64,000 nucleotides of DNA from Vulcanimicrobiota bacterium (GCA_963795855.1 CAWCIZ010000005.1:1-64000); one strand, 5' to 3'; positions 32,950 to 44,010 are shown, counted from the stretch's first letter. Notes: generated by a model from the letters alone, not told the origin. A program made the numbers and translations.

Positions 32950-33858
32950 TTACGGCTTGTACGTGAAGCCTTGCACGAAATCACCCGACGGCGATCCCCA
33001 TACCGCCCAGAAACGTCCGGTGCGCGCGTCGATGCCGACCGTGTGAACGCCGCGGCTGATCTTCTGCATGCCGATTTGCTTCGGGGCGCCGCTCTTCGGA
33101 ATCGAGTACAGCCACACGCCGCCGCCGCCCGCGCATGCGAGTCGCCGGCGCTGTTGATCGAGCGTGCACTGGTCGATGCGCGGGAATGAAGCCGTCCCCA
33201 TGCGCTTGCCGCCGAGAGTGTACGTGCTGACCTTGTATCCACCGCCGACGATCAGCGTGTCGTTCGCGTAGTCGAGCTGAAGCGGGTGGTTGTTCTTGAT
33301 CTCCGGCGTGGCGATCGTGCGAACGACCTTCATGCTCTTCGGATCGATGACTGCGATTTCGCTATTCGTTGCGATGTTTTGGTAGACGACGTGGGTTTTC
33401 GGATCGATCACGATGTACTCGGGTTTGTGCCCGGGAAGCGCGATCGTAGCAATTTGTTTGAATGTGCGCGAATCGATGACGAAGATGCGAGTGCCGTCGT
33501 CCTCGTCGCCGTAAATGCGATGCAGCTGCGGGTCGTAGGCGATCGCGTCGACCGGCCCAGCCACGCTTACGCGGTGTACTTCTTTGAGTGAAACGGGGTC
33601 GACCTCCGAGAGCGCCTTATCGTCTCCATCGCCCGTATAGACGTGGCCGGTCGCGGCGTTCACCGCGACGCCCGCCATGGGACCGACGTGCACTTGCCCG
33701 AGCACCTTCCCGGTGTCGGCATTCACGATCAGCAGCGATTGATTGCCGCCGTGCGCCGCGTAGACTCGGCGTCGCTGCGCATCAACGGTGACGTAATCGA
33801 AACCGTGCCGTCCGGTTGTTGAGACAGGCTGCGGCGGGACAAAGGGGAGAATCGGCAT
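32950..33858 (-). CDS. YncE-family beta-propeller protein
   Basis: GFDYVTVD, repeated blade motifs; AGGAG RBS. Confidence 0.8.
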   Translation of the reverse strand: MPILPFVPPQPVSTTGRHGFDYVTVDAQRRRVYAAHGGNQSLLIVNADTGKVLGQVHVGPMAGVAVNAATGHVYTGDGDDKALSEVDPVSLKEVHRVSVAGPVDAIAYDPQLHRIYGDEDDGTRIFVIDSRTFKQIATIALPGHKPEYIVIDPKTHVVYQNIATNSEIAVIDPKSMKVVRTIATPEIKNNHPLQLDYANDTLIVGGGYKVSTYTLGGKRMGTASFPRIDQCTLDQQRRRLACAGGGGVWLYSIPKSGAPKQIGMQKISRGVHTVGIDARTGRFWAVWGSPSGDFVQGFTYKP

Positions 33859-33928
33859 GAAGAAGCTCCTTGTCGTGTAGCAATTCCTGTTGCGAGGCCA
33901 ATTCAATCACGGAAACCTGAACGCCGCG

Positions 33929-35111
33929 TTAACGCCGGCTTGCGAGATCCGAACTGAAGCGCAACGTTTGCGGCTTAGGCGGAATTTCGGTATACGCCAT
34001 CGGCCGGTCCCACCAGTCGTGGCTGCGCCAGCGCAGTTGTTCCGGCGTGGGAGATGACGGAAGCTTCGTTTCCACGGCTTCAGCGTACGCGCCCAGATAG
34101 CGGTCGATCATGCGTTCCGCGGTGAATTCCGCCTCCACGCGCTCCCGGCATTTTCGGCGGTCGATACCGGCCAGCGCCGGCACTTTCGAGACTGCGTCGT
34201 CCACACTGTCGCAAAGAAAGCCGGTCTCTCCGTCGACGACGATCTCCGGAATCGACCCCATGTTCGCGCCGAGGACCGGCGTGCCGCAGGCCATCGCTTC
34301 AACCATCGTCAGTCCAAAGCGTTCCGGCCGCGTCGTCATGTGCACGAGCGCCAGCGCGTTGGCCAGAAGTTCGTTGCGCTGCCGGCGGCGTGCTTCGCCC
34401 AGAAAAAGGATCTGCTCGCCGTCGATGTGCGGCTGCACCTGCGTGCGAAAATACTCGTCGTCCTGCGGAATTGCCGCAATTTTCAGGCTGTTTGCCGCTG
34501 CGCTTGGCGATCTCGATTGCCAGATGCGTTCCCTTTTCGGGATGAAAGCGGCCGAGAAAGACCAGATACTCTCCGGGCTTGTCGTTGAACGTGAATTCGT
34601 TCGGATCGATGCCGTTGTAGGTGGTAGCCAGATATGACAATCCGGGATCGCGGTCCGAGTTGCTGATCGAGACGTAAAAGCTGCGCCACGCACAGGCGTA
34701 ATACGCCGCCAGAATCTGCGGCGTCGAAAACCCGTGCACGGTCGTCAGCATCGGCGGCGTCTTCGTACCGAGCGCATAGGTCATCGGTTTCCAATCGAAA
34801 TTGTTGTGAATCAGATCGAAACGGCCCGCGTTTTCCATGAGGCGGCCGATGTGCAGCGCCGAGTAGACGTCGGCGTTGAGCGCGGGATCCTCGGCGCATC
34901 CCACGGGAACGACCGATTCCACGCGACCGTCGAATTGCGAATTTCCCGTCGCGAAGAGTGTGACGTCGAGCCCGCGCCGGCGCATGCCTTCGGAAATGTT
35001 GAACGCGATTTGCTCCCACGGGCCGTATCCCGGCGGCGGCGTGGGCCACGTGATAGGCGCGAGTACGGCCACGCGCAAGCCGTTCAAAGCAGAGGATCGC
35101 GAAGCGTTCAC
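33929..35111 (-). CDS. Glycosyltransferase family 4 (frameshift ~34500)
   Basis: PPPGYGPWE, FLGRFHPEKG, ERFGLTMVEAMACGTPV. Confidence 0.9.
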
Positions 35112-35120
35112 GAGGCGGAC

Positions 35121-36080
35121 TTACCCAACATTCGTGCTTTCGCCGGCGTATCGCGCGAGCAACTCACGCGCGTGCCGACCCAGTGCCTGCAGCAATTCCG
35201 GCGGTTCGAGCGCGCGCACCGCCGCGCCCCATCCGGCGATTTGATAAACTGCGACGCCGAACGAGGGAAAGCGCATGCGAATCGTTTTGCCGTGCTCGTC
35301 TTCCGAGAGCACGGCGCTGTCGTGAGACGACATTACCCATTCCAGTGAATCGTTCGGTACGTACAGCGTCGCTTCGTGCCACTCCGTCGGCCGCTGCAGC
35401 GCGGCGTTCGAATCGCGCCAGTGCGCTTCCAAGTCGAAGTGCTCGTCGCGCGTGAAGCGCGCCGCCGACTCATCGGCGTGCGCGATCCGTTCCGCGCGGA
35501 ACGTGCGATACTCGCCGTCCGTTTGCCGCGCAATCAAATACCAAACGCCGGCTTTTGAAACCAATCCGTACGGATCGATCGTGCGCTGCGTGATCGATCC
35601 CGTGCGATCCCGGTAGTGAATCGAGAGCTGACGGTCTTCCCAAACCGCCCGTCGCAGCACGGATAGCAGTGCGGCGGGTTGCTCCAGCCGGTACCAGCGG
35701 TTGTGATCCAAGAGGATACGTTGCCGAGCCTGCTGCGCGGCGCGCCGCTGCAGATCGGGCAGTGCGCCCGCGAGTTTGTCCAGCGCGCGCCGGTGCCCGG
35801 TAACGCCCAGTTCCGCCAGCGGATCGGCGGCGGCGAGAAAGAGCGCGTGCAGTTCCTCGGTGCTGAACTGCGTTATGGCCTTGCGGTAGCCTTCGGCGAG
35901 CGCGATGCCGCCCGCGCTGCCGCGCTCCGCGTAAACGGGCACGCCGGAGAGCGAGAGCGCTTCCACATCGCGGTAGATCGTTCGAGCCGAGACTTCGAGC
36001 GCCAAGGAAAGGTCGCGCGCGCTGCGCGGACTGCGGGACTGCAGCAAGAGGAGAAGCGAAACCAGGCGGTCCGACTTCAT
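35121..36080 (-). CDS. YafY-type wHTH-WYL transcriptional regulator
   Basis: EVSARTIYRDVEAL, PYGLV..GVWYL, RTFRAERI. Confidence 0.9.
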   Translation of the reverse strand: MKSDRLVSLLLLLQSRSPRSARDLSLALEVSARTIYRDVEALSLSGVPVYAERGSAGGIALAEGYRKAITQFSTEELHALFLAAADPLAELGVTGHRRALDKLAGALPDLQRRAAQQARQRILLDHNRWYRLEQPAALLSVLRRAVWEDRQLSIHYRDRTGSITQRTIDPYGLVSKAGVWYLIARQTDGEYRTFRAERIAHADESAARFTRDEHFDLEAHWRDSNAALQRPTEWHEATLYVPNDSLEWVMSSHDSAVLSEDEHGKTIRMRFPSFGVAVYQIAGWGAAVRALEPPELLQALGRHARELLARYAGESTNVG

Positions 36081-36104
36081 ATCTGACAGTGTGTGTCATA
36101 TATG
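36078..36104. promoter_or_regulatory. Inverted repeat, candidate WYL-regulator operator
   Basis: CATATCTGACA-gtgtg-TGTCATATATG (10/11 match) between divergent genes. Confidence 0.65.
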
Positions 36105-36123
36105 ATCGCTTATCCTGTGAGGC

Positions 36124-36519
36124 ATGACGAGAACAACAAAGGTTCAGGCTCCTCGCGGCATCGACGCCGTGTACTACATGGTCGAGGACGTGGCGCGGGC
36201 TCGCACGTTTTACGAAGGCGCATTGGGGTTCCAGCCGTCCTTCGTCAGCGACGCCGGCGAGTGGACGGGAGTGGAATACGAACTGCCGACGGGCCAGACG
36301 TTCGGGCTCGGCAAGAACGCGCAGGCGCCGTGGCGGCCGTCCGGCGGCGTGATGATCGCCGTGGAGGACGTTGCGGACGCTACGCGCCGCGTCGCCGACG
36401 GCGGCGGAAAAGTGCTTGCCGGACCGATGGACGGTCCGGTGTGCTCGATGACCTGGTGCGAGGACACCGAGGGCAATACGTTCAGTTTGCATCACCGTAA
36501 AGATGGGAGCGTTGGATAA
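36124..36519 (+). CDS. VOC/glyoxalase family protein
   Basis: DVARARTFYEGALG, DTEGNTFSL. Confidence 0.9.
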   Translation: MTRTTKVQAPRGIDAVYYMVEDVARARTFYEGALGFQPSFVSDAGEWTGVEYELPTGQTFGLGKNAQAPWRPSGGVMIAVEDVADATRRVADGGGKVLAGPMDGPVCSMTWCEDTEGNTFSLHHRKDGSVG

Positions 36520-36902
36520 TGACCACTACAACCGGCGCGGCGTTGGTCACCGGAATGGACGCCGTCTATTACATGACTCAGGACTATGGGCGCGCGCGAA
36601 AATTCTACGAAAGCGCGCTGGATCTCAAAGCGACGTGGGAGATATCGGGCGAAGGCGGGGGATCGTTCGTCGAGTACGAGTTGCCCGATGGAACGACGTT
36701 CGGGCTCGGCCATATGCCCGATTCGCCATGGCACGAATCCGGCGGGATCATGTTCGCCGTTCCGGACGTAAAAGCGGCGTTGGAGCGTGTGAAAGGCGCC
36801 GGCGCGCAGGTGCAATTCGACTACATGGAATTGCCGGTCTGCGACATGGCGTGGGCGCGCGACACCGAGGGCAATTCGTTCTGCTTGCACCGGCGCAGAT
36901 AA
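36519..36902 (+). CDS. VOC/glyoxalase family protein (paralog)
   Basis: DYGRARKFYESAL, DTEGNSFCL. Confidence 0.9.
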   Translation: MTTTTGAALVTGMDAVYYMTQDYGRARKFYESALDLKATWEISGEGGGSFVEYELPDGTTFGLGHMPDSPWHESGGIMFAVPDVKAALERVKGAGAQVQFDYMELPVCDMAWARDTEGNSFCLHRRR

Positions 36903-36915
36903 GCGGCGGCGACCG

Positions 36916-38064
36916 CTAAACCCAGGCGCCGTCCTTTAGAACCGCAGCCGGACGTGCGAGCGCATTGAGATCGCGATCCACGTCCTGCTCGAGCAGCAAC
37001 AGGTCCGCCGGCTCGCCCGCTTGCAGCACGCCGCGCTGCAGGCCGACGAACTCCGCGGCTGTTTGCGTCGCAGCGTGAAGCGCCTGCAGCGGCGACATGC
37101 CGAGCAGCCGGTGCATCAGCGCCACTTCGTATGCGTAGTTTTCGTGGTAATTGAACGGCGTGCCGGCGTCCGATCCGCCTGCGATCTTTACGCCGCCTTC
37201 GAAAGCGCGCCGAATGTTCTGCAGCATGTGCTCGTTGATTTCGCGCGCTTTGCGCACGACGAAGTCCGGCTGCCCGCCGGTTTCCGCGTGTTCCAATATG
37301 CACGTCGGCGCGGCGAGCGTGGGAACGAGATACGCGTCGCGTTCTTTGAAGAGCGCGATGGCTTCATCGTCGAGCATGTGTCCGTGTTCGATAGAATCCA
37401 CTCCGCTTCGCAGCGCGTTTTTGATGCCGTCGGTACCGATCGCGTGCGCCGCCACGCGCATTCCGTGACGATGCGCCTCCTCGCAAGCGGCGGTGATTTC
37501 TTCCACCGTCAACTGCGCGAGGCCCGGCACCGCGCCTTTGGTCAGCACGCCGCCGGTCGCGATGAGTTTGATGCAGTCCGCGCCGGCCATGCGCTGTTCG
37601 CGCACGCCTTTGCGCGCATCCCAAGGGCTGTCGATCGCGCGCCCGAGCGGCCATCCGTGACCGCCGGTCATGCACAGCACTCTGCCGGCCGCGCGCACGC
37701 GCGGCCCCGGAACCCGTCCTCGATCGACGGCGTCGCGCACTTCAATGGCGATGCCGTCGGAGGCGCCCACGTCCCGCACCGTCGTCACGCCCGCGCGTAG
37801 CGTTTTACGCGCGTTCTCGACTGCATGCAGCGTGCGTTGAATCGAAGTGTATTCGCGTATCAGACCCATCGGATCGGGCTGGCCGCTCATCTCCAAGTGC
37901 ACGTGCGAATTGACGAGTCCCGGCGCGATGCAGGCGGCCTCGCGGTCGAAGCGGCCTTCGGCGTCGCGCACTTCGCGAACCGTCCCGCCTTCGACGACGA
38001 TGTCCACGTTGCGCCGCGGCGCGTTCAAAGTGCCGTCGTAAAAAACGCCCGCGCGCAGAATCAT
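36916..38064 (-). CDS. Metal-dependent amidohydrolase (prolidase-like)
   Basis: PGLVNSHVH, GVTTVRDVG, SIEHG, GSDAG. Confidence 0.9.
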   Translation of the reverse strand: MILRAGVFYDGTLNAPRRNVDIVVEGGTVREVRDAEGRFDREAACIAPGLVNSHVHLEMSGQPDPMGLIREYTSIQRTLHAVENARKTLRAGVTTVRDVGASDGIAIEVRDAVDRGRVPGPRVRAAGRVLCMTGGHGWPLGRAIDSPWDARKGVREQRMAGADCIKLIATGGVLTKGAVPGLAQLTVEEITAACEEAHRHGMRVAAHAIGTDGIKNALRSGVDSIEHGHMLDDEAIALFKERDAYLVPTLAAPTCILEHAETGGQPDFVVRKAREINEHMLQNIRRAFEGGVKIAGGSDAGTPFNYHENYAYEVALMHRLLGMSPLQALHAATQTAAEFVGLQRGVLQAGEPADLLLLEQDVDRDLNALARPAAVLKDGAWV

Positions 38065-38972
38065 GCGCGGACCTCCGCTCGTTCCATCGCTTGAAACGCT
38101 TTGCTCGTCAGGTCGTGGCCCAGCACGCCGGCGATGAAGCGCGATGCAGCGCGGACTTTGACGAGGTCCACGCCCGTTTCGACGTTCATGCCGTGCAGCA
38201 TGTACAGCAAATCTTCCGTTCCCAAATTTCCCGTCGCGCCCGGCGCGTAGGGGCAGCCGCCGAGTCCGCCGCTGCTCGAATCGAAAATCGCAATGCCGTG
38301 CTGCAGCGCCGCGTAGACGTTTGCGAGCGCCGTGCCGCGCGTATCGTGAAAGTGAAACGCAATCTTCTCGCGCGGAATCTCGCGCGTGAGTGCCGGAACC
38401 AGTGCGTCGACCTGGGATGGAACGCCGACGCCTATCGTGTCGCCTATGGACAGCTCGTCGCAGCCCATGTCCAACAGTTTCCGGCTTACCTCTACCACCG
38501 CTGCGACGGACACTTCGTCGCCGAAGGGCGAGCCGAACGCGGTCGAGACGTATCCGCGAACCCACATCGCGTTTTCTTTCGCGTTACGCGCCACGTCACG
38601 AAACGTTTCGATCGACTCGTCGATGGTCATGTTGATGTTGCGTTTGGTGAAGGCTTCCGATGCGGCGGTGAAGACCGCGATGGCATCCGCGCCTGCGGCT
38701 TTTGCGCGCTCGAGCCCTTTGAGGTTCGGGGTAAGCACGGGGTATCGCACGCCGCGGCGTTTGCGTATCCGCGTGAAGACTTCGGATGCGTCGGCCAATT
38801 GCGGAATTGCTTTGGGGCTGACGAAGGACGTCGCCTCGATCAGCGGCAATCCGGATTCGGAAAGCAGATCGATGAACCGGATTTTGTCTTCGGTCGAAAT
38901 AACGGCATGCTCGTTCTGCAGGCCGTCGCGGGCGCCCATCTCGCAAATGGTGACGAACTTCGGCAGACTCAT
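38061..38972 (-). CDS. liuE: Hydroxymethylglutaryl-CoA lyase
   Basis: RDGLQNE, HFHDTRG, GLGGCPYAPGATGN. Confidence 0.95.
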   Translation of the reverse strand: MSLPKFVTICEMGARDGLQNEHAVISTEDKIRFIDLLSESGLPLIEATSFVSPKAIPQLADASEVFTRIRKRRGVRYPVLTPNLKGLERAKAAGADAIAVFTAASEAFTKRNINMTIDESIETFRDVARNAKENAMWVRGYVSTAFGSPFGDEVSVAAVVEVSRKLLDMGCDELSIGDTIGVGVPSQVDALVPALTREIPREKIAFHFHDTRGTALANVYAALQHGIAIFDSSSGGLGGCPYAPGATGNLGTEDLLYMLHGMNVETGVDLVKVRAASRFIAGVLGHDLTSKAFQAMERAEVRA

Positions 38973-39763
38973 GCCGAGGCTCGTTCGCTGCGCGGGTGTG
39001 AGTCCGCTCCCAAGAACCGGGTCACCGCGCGCAGCGTGAGCGGCCAAACGCGGTCGTTCGCCAAAAAAGCCTTGCTGAGCATGATGAGCGGATCGAAGTG
39101 CCCGATGATGTTCATGTGGTTGCAATGCGGCCCGACGATGAAATGCGCGGGAATGCGGCTTCCGAGCGTCGCGGAATCGCCCCAAACCAAACCGTCGTTG
39201 TCGCCGCCGCGCGCGGGTATCAGGCCGGCGATCGAGAGCAGCTTTGCGCCCGCCGGGCCAATCCAAGGCTCGCGGTCGAGCACCCAATCGTGCCATCCGC
39301 GCCGCGTGAGTTCCCAATGGCCGGGCGTGTCGTTCAGCCACGCGATGAATTTCGAGTAGATGTCCATGTCGCCGAATGCCTTGTCCGGCGTGCGCAGCAT
39401 GGCGTGGAATTGCGGAAGCGCGAACGTTTGCACGCCCCAATTCGGCGTGGCGATCATGATCGTGTGGCTGATCTCGCTCGCGCGGTATTCGTAGCGGCGC
39501 AAAAACCCGCGCACCACGAGGCCGCCCAGCGAATATCCGACGAGCGCGATCGGGAACTCGCGTTCCGACTTGCGCAAGTCGGTGATGAATTCGGCGAAGC
39601 GGTCGATGCGCTCCATCAGCGTGTCGTTGCATTCGCCGTAACTGATCGATTCGATGCCGTACGCGTCCAAACCGGGGACGTCGGGAGTTCCGCGGCGCAG
39701 CAGATCGAAGTGCTCGGGTGGTTCGTTGTATCCCGGCACCATGACGACGGTGCGCGGAATCAT
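38969..39763 (-). CDS. Alpha/beta hydrolase (lipase/esterase-like)
   Basis: GYSLGG nucleophile elbow, ATPNWG, NDGLV. Confidence 0.8.
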   Translation of the reverse strand: MIPRTVVMVPGYNEPPEHFDLLRRGTPDVPGLDAYGIESISYGECNDTLMERIDRFAEFITDLRKSEREFPIALVGYSLGGLVVRGFLRRYEYRASEISHTIMIATPNWGVQTFALPQFHAMLRTPDKAFGDMDIYSKFIAWLNDTPGHWELTRRGWHDWVLDREPWIGPAGAKLLSIAGLIPARGGDNDGLVWGDSATLGSRIPAHFIVGPHCNHMNIIGHFDPLIMLSKAFLANDRVWPLTLRAVTRFLGADSHPRSERASA

Positions 39764-41617
39764 TGCAAGTCGATGAGTAGCGTGTCGCTGGGAACGATGT
39801 CGCCTTCGCGAACGTGAACGGCGCCGACGGTACCGTCGCCCGGCGCCTCGATGCGATGCTCCATTTTCATCGCTTCCAAGATTACGAGCAAATCGCGCGT
39901 CGCGACGGAATCGCCGCCTTGCACGGCAATTTTGACGATCTTGCCGGGCATCGGCGCGACGATGCGTCCGTTGCCGGAGCCCGCACCATGATGCGCGGCC
40001 GCATCGGCGGTAGGGGCATCGCTGAAGCGAACCTGCGCAGCCGATGCGAACCGATCGTTCAGCCGAATTTCGCCGGTGTAATCTCCGGTGAGCTGCCAAA
40101 CGTTCGGATCCGCCGTAGCGGCCGCTTCGATTGCGACGTCGCGTTCTCCGACCCGCAGGCGCAGCGGAATTCCCACGCTCGCCAAACGCCACGGCGCGTG
40201 TGCATTGCGAAGTGCGGCAGATGCAGCGCGCGCGAGTGCGTCGGGCGAGACGTCGCGCCGGCGCAGCAAAGATCGACTCATCGAGCCGCTCTTCCAGAAA
40301 GCGCGTGGTCGTGTCGCCGGCGCGATACGCGTCGTCACGCGCGATCCACAGCAGCAGCGGCACGTTCGCACGAACGCCGCCGATCTCGAACTGTTCGAGC
40401 GCCTGCGTAAGCCGCGCGATCGCAACGTCGCGGTTCTCGCCCCACACCACGAGGTTGGCGAGCATCGGATCGTAATACACCGAGACTTCGCTTCCCGCGT
40501 GCACGCCGGCGTCGAGCCGAATGCCGGGCCCCTCCGGCGGATTCCACACGTCGATCGTGCCGGTCGAGGGAAGCATGTGGTTCGCGGGATCTTCGGCGTA
40601 GATGCGCGTCTCGATCGCCCAGCCGCGCGGCTGCACGCCGCTCTGCTCGATTGCGAGCGCTTCGCCGTTTGCGATGCGAAGCTGCCAGTGTACGAGATCG
40701 ATGCCGTACGCGAGTTCCGTCACCGGATGCTCGACCTGCAGGCGCGTGTTCATTTCGAGAAAGTAATACCGCCCGTCTTCGTCGAGCATGAACTCGCACG
40801 TCCCCGCGTTGACGTAGTCGACGGATTTGGCCGCACGCACTGCGGCCGCGCCCATCTCCGCGCGCAGCTGCGGCGAAAGTGCGACGGAGGGCGCTTCTTC
40901 GACGATTTTCTGGTGACGGCGCTGGATCGAGCACTCACGCTCGCCCAGGTGAATGACGTTTCCGTGCGTATCGCCGAGAATTTGAAACTCGATGTGGCGC
41001 GGGCGGCGCAAATACCGTTCGAGCAGTATGGCGTCGTTCCCGAACGCCGCAAGCGCTTCGCGCTTTGCCGCTTCCAACGCTTCATCGAACTGCTCGATGC
41101 GATCGACGACGCGCATACCGCGGCCTCCGCCGCCGGCGCTCGCTTTGATCAGCAGCGGAAATCCAATGCTCGCGGCTTCTTCGCGCAGCCGCGCCGGCGA
41201 CTGGTCGTCGCCGTCGTACCCGGGAACGACCGGAACGTCGTATTCGCGCACGCGGCGTTTCGCTTCGATTTTGCTGCCCATCGCCGCCATCGATTCCGGA
41301 GTCGGACCGACGAACGTGAGGCCGGCCTCGCGTGCCGCGAGCGCGAACTCCGCGCGCTCCGAAAGAAAGCCGTATCCGGGGTGCACGGCGTCCGCGCGCA
41401 GGCTTTTCGCCGCTGCGATGACGGCCGCAATATTCAAGTACGACTCTGAAGGCGGTGGGGCGCCGATGCATGCCGTTTCGTCCATGAAGCGCAGGTGATA
41501 TGCGCCGGCGTCGGCTTCGGAATAGATCCCGACGGGCGTTATGCCGAGTTCGCGCGCGCCGCGCGCAACCCGCACCGCAATTTCACCGCGGTTGGCGACG
41601 AGCAGGCGCCGTATCAC
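39760..41617 (-). CDS. liuD: Methylcrotonyl-CoA carboxylase alpha subunit (BC + BCCP), frameshift ~40260
   Basis: ANRGEIA, GGGGRGMR, EMNTRLQVEHPVTE, EAMKME. Confidence 0.9.
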
Positions 41618-42397
41618 GCGATCCAGCTCGCTTTGCGCCGCTCGAGAAATGCGCGTAAGCCTTCCTGTCCTTCCGGTGACGCGCGCCGCTGCGCGATCGC
41701 CTCGGCCGTGACGTCGCGCGACTCCTCGTACGACGCCGCCTGCACGCGCGGTACGAGCGCTTTCGCGGCCGCAACCGCTTCGGGCCCTGCGCGCCGCGAT
41801 CTCGTTCGTGATGCGCTCGATGCAGACGTCCAGCGTATCGGCCACCACGACTTCGTGCGCTAGTCCGATGTGGAGCGCGCGTTTCGCGTCAAACCGTTCC
41901 CCCGTAAGAAACAGAGCGCGCGCATTCGACACGCCGATCTTCGCAAGGACGAACGGAGAGATGACCGCCGGAATGATGCCGAGTTTGACCTCCGTGAATC
42001 CGAAAATGGCATCGGCGCTCGCCACGACGACGTCGCAGACTGCCGCCAAACCCGCCCCGCCGCCCAACGCCGCGCCGTGAACTTTTCCGATGACCGGTTT
42101 TGGGCAGCGGTCGATCGTTCGAAACATATCGGACATCGCTTTTGCGTCCGCCACATTTTCGGCGTAGGTGAGATCGAGCGACGATTGCATCCATGCGATG
42201 TCGGCGCCGCCGCAAAATACCTTCCCTTCGCCCGAAAGCACGATCGCGCGCGCGTTTTTGTCGCGCCCGGCCTCTTCGAATGCCTCGGTGAGGGCGCGGA
42301 TGAGTTCCGCGTTGAAGGCATTGCGGACGTCGGGGCGGTTCAAGCGAATCTCGGCGACGGGGCCGGCGCGGTGACGTTGGACTACAGGGTTGGCCAT
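41614..42397 (-). CDS. liuC: Enoyl-CoA hydratase (methylglutaconyl-CoA hydratase), frameshift ~41790
   Basis: NRPDVRNAF, FCGGADI, GGGAGL, EVKLGIIPAVISPFV. Confidence 0.85.
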
Positions 42398-42453
42398 GGC
42401 GTGCCGGGGTTCTCGCTTTAATCTATTCGGGCCTCGCAGGCGTTACGAGAAGG

Positions 42454-43272
42454 ATGAGAGAGCAGCAGCAAACGGTCTACCGGCACTCGGTCGCCACGCG
42501 GCTGACCCATTGGCTGTTTTTTCTTGCGTTTCTCGCGCTCGTCAGCAGCGGCTTGCAGATCTTCAATGCCGCGCCGTTCCTGGACGCTTCCGATAAGACC
42601 GAGCCCGCCCACCGCGTGCTTTCCATCGACGCGCCGCGAAACGGGGTGGGTGCCACGACGATTTTCGGGCGCACCTTCAATACGACGGGCTGGCTGGGGT
42701 GGACGGACGACGGGATGGGCCGCAACACCACGCGCGCGTTCCCCGGATGGCTGACGATACCCGCGTATCAAGATCTCGCGGACGGCCGCCGGTGGCATTT
42801 GTTCTTCGCGTGGATCATGATCGTGAGCGGAATCGCATACATGGCGTGGGGTTTTACGCGCGGCGATCTTGCGAAGATCGTTTTGACGCCGAGCGATATA
42901 TCGAAGTTGGTCCCGATGCAGCTCGATTATTTGCGCCTTCGCAAAGAGCCGCCGCCGCACGGGAAATACAATCCGCTGCAAAAGCTCGCATACACGCTGG
43001 TGCTGTTCGTTTTTGCTCCGCTCATCGTGCTGAGCGGGCTCGCGCTCTCTCCGGGGTTCGACGCCTGGTTTCCGTTTGTTACGCAGGCATTCGGCGGCAG
43101 GCAATTCGCTCGACTGTGGCATTTCGTGCTCATGATCGCGCTCGTCGGCTTTTTCGTCACGCATCTGCTGCTGGTGCTCACGACCGGCGTGTTGAACCAT
43201 CTGCGTTCGATGATTACCGGCTGGTACCGGTTGCAAGAGACAAATCGCTCCGCCGTGACGGAGTTGAAATGA
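42454..43272 (+). CDS. Cytochrome b subunit (YdhU/thiosulfate reductase-type)
   Basis: RLTHW, SGLQIFNA, RRWHLFFAW, KYNPLQKLAY. Confidence 0.85.
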   Translation: MREQQQTVYRHSVATRLTHWLFFLAFLALVSSGLQIFNAAPFLDASDKTEPAHRVLSIDAPRNGVGATTIFGRTFNTTGWLGWTDDGMGRNTTRAFPGWLTIPAYQDLADGRRWHLFFAWIMIVSGIAYMAWGFTRGDLAKIVLTPSDISKLVPMQLDYLRLRKEPPPHGKYNPLQKLAYTLVLFVFAPLIVLSGLALSPGFDAWFPFVTQAFGGRQFARLWHFVLMIALVGFFVTHLLLVLTTGVLNHLRSMITGWYRLQETNRSAVTELK

Positions 43273-44010
43273 AGCGGAAACTCTTTCTCGCGACCGGATT
43301 ATCGGCCGCGCTGTCCGCGTGCTCGCAGATCGGCACGAAACTCAACGACAACCCCGGCTTCCACGGCGTTTTGGAGAAAGCCGAAAACGTCAACGAGCGG
43401 CTGATCGGCACGCGCGGACGCGCGCGGCTGTATAGCGCTCGAGACATCTCGGCCGACTTTCCGGTCAACTCGCTGGACACGCCCGGGGACGCGCGCTACA
43501 TGCGTTTGATGGGCGATCGGTTTGCATCTTACCGCCTAACGATTGACGGTTCCGTCGATCGTCCGCAGCAGTTCACGTTGCCGCAATTGCAGCACCTCAT
43601 GAACGGTTTCGCAGATCACCCGTCACGACTGCGTCGAAGGCTGGAGCGCGGTCGCGCAGTGGCAAGGCGTGCGACTGGCGGATGTTCTTTCGCTCGCGCG
43701 GCCGCGCGCAGATGCGCGATTCGTCGTCTTTCGCACGTTTGACGTCGATGCGGACGGAACGCCGTACTACGAGAGCCTCGATCTGGATCAGGCCGCTCAT
43801 CCGCAAACGCTGCTTGCCCTGCGCCAAAACGGCAAACCGATCGCGCCTGATCGCGGCGCGCCCGTCCGCCTGACGGTTCCCACGCAACTCGGCTATAAGA
43901 GTGCGAAATGGGTGCATCGAATAGAGGTCGTGGCGTCGCTTCGGCCTTTGTACGGCGGCAAAGGCGGCTACTGGGAAGATCAGGGGTACGAATGGTATGC
44001 GGGAATCTGA
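43269..44010 (+). CDS. Sulfite-oxidase-family molybdopterin oxidoreductase (MsrP-like), frameshift ~43610
   Basis: ITRHDCVEGWS, HPQTLLA, GAPVRL..PTQLGYKSAKW, GGYWEDQGYEWYAGI. Confidence 0.85.

Noticed and set aside
38969..42397. 1142-aa ORF fusing enoyl-CoA hydratase, biotin carboxylase and lipase
   Set aside because: Two indels shift the frame. The true ends of liuC (…RKASWIA*) and of BCCP (EAMKME…) are in other frames with normal GTGA/ATGA overlaps.
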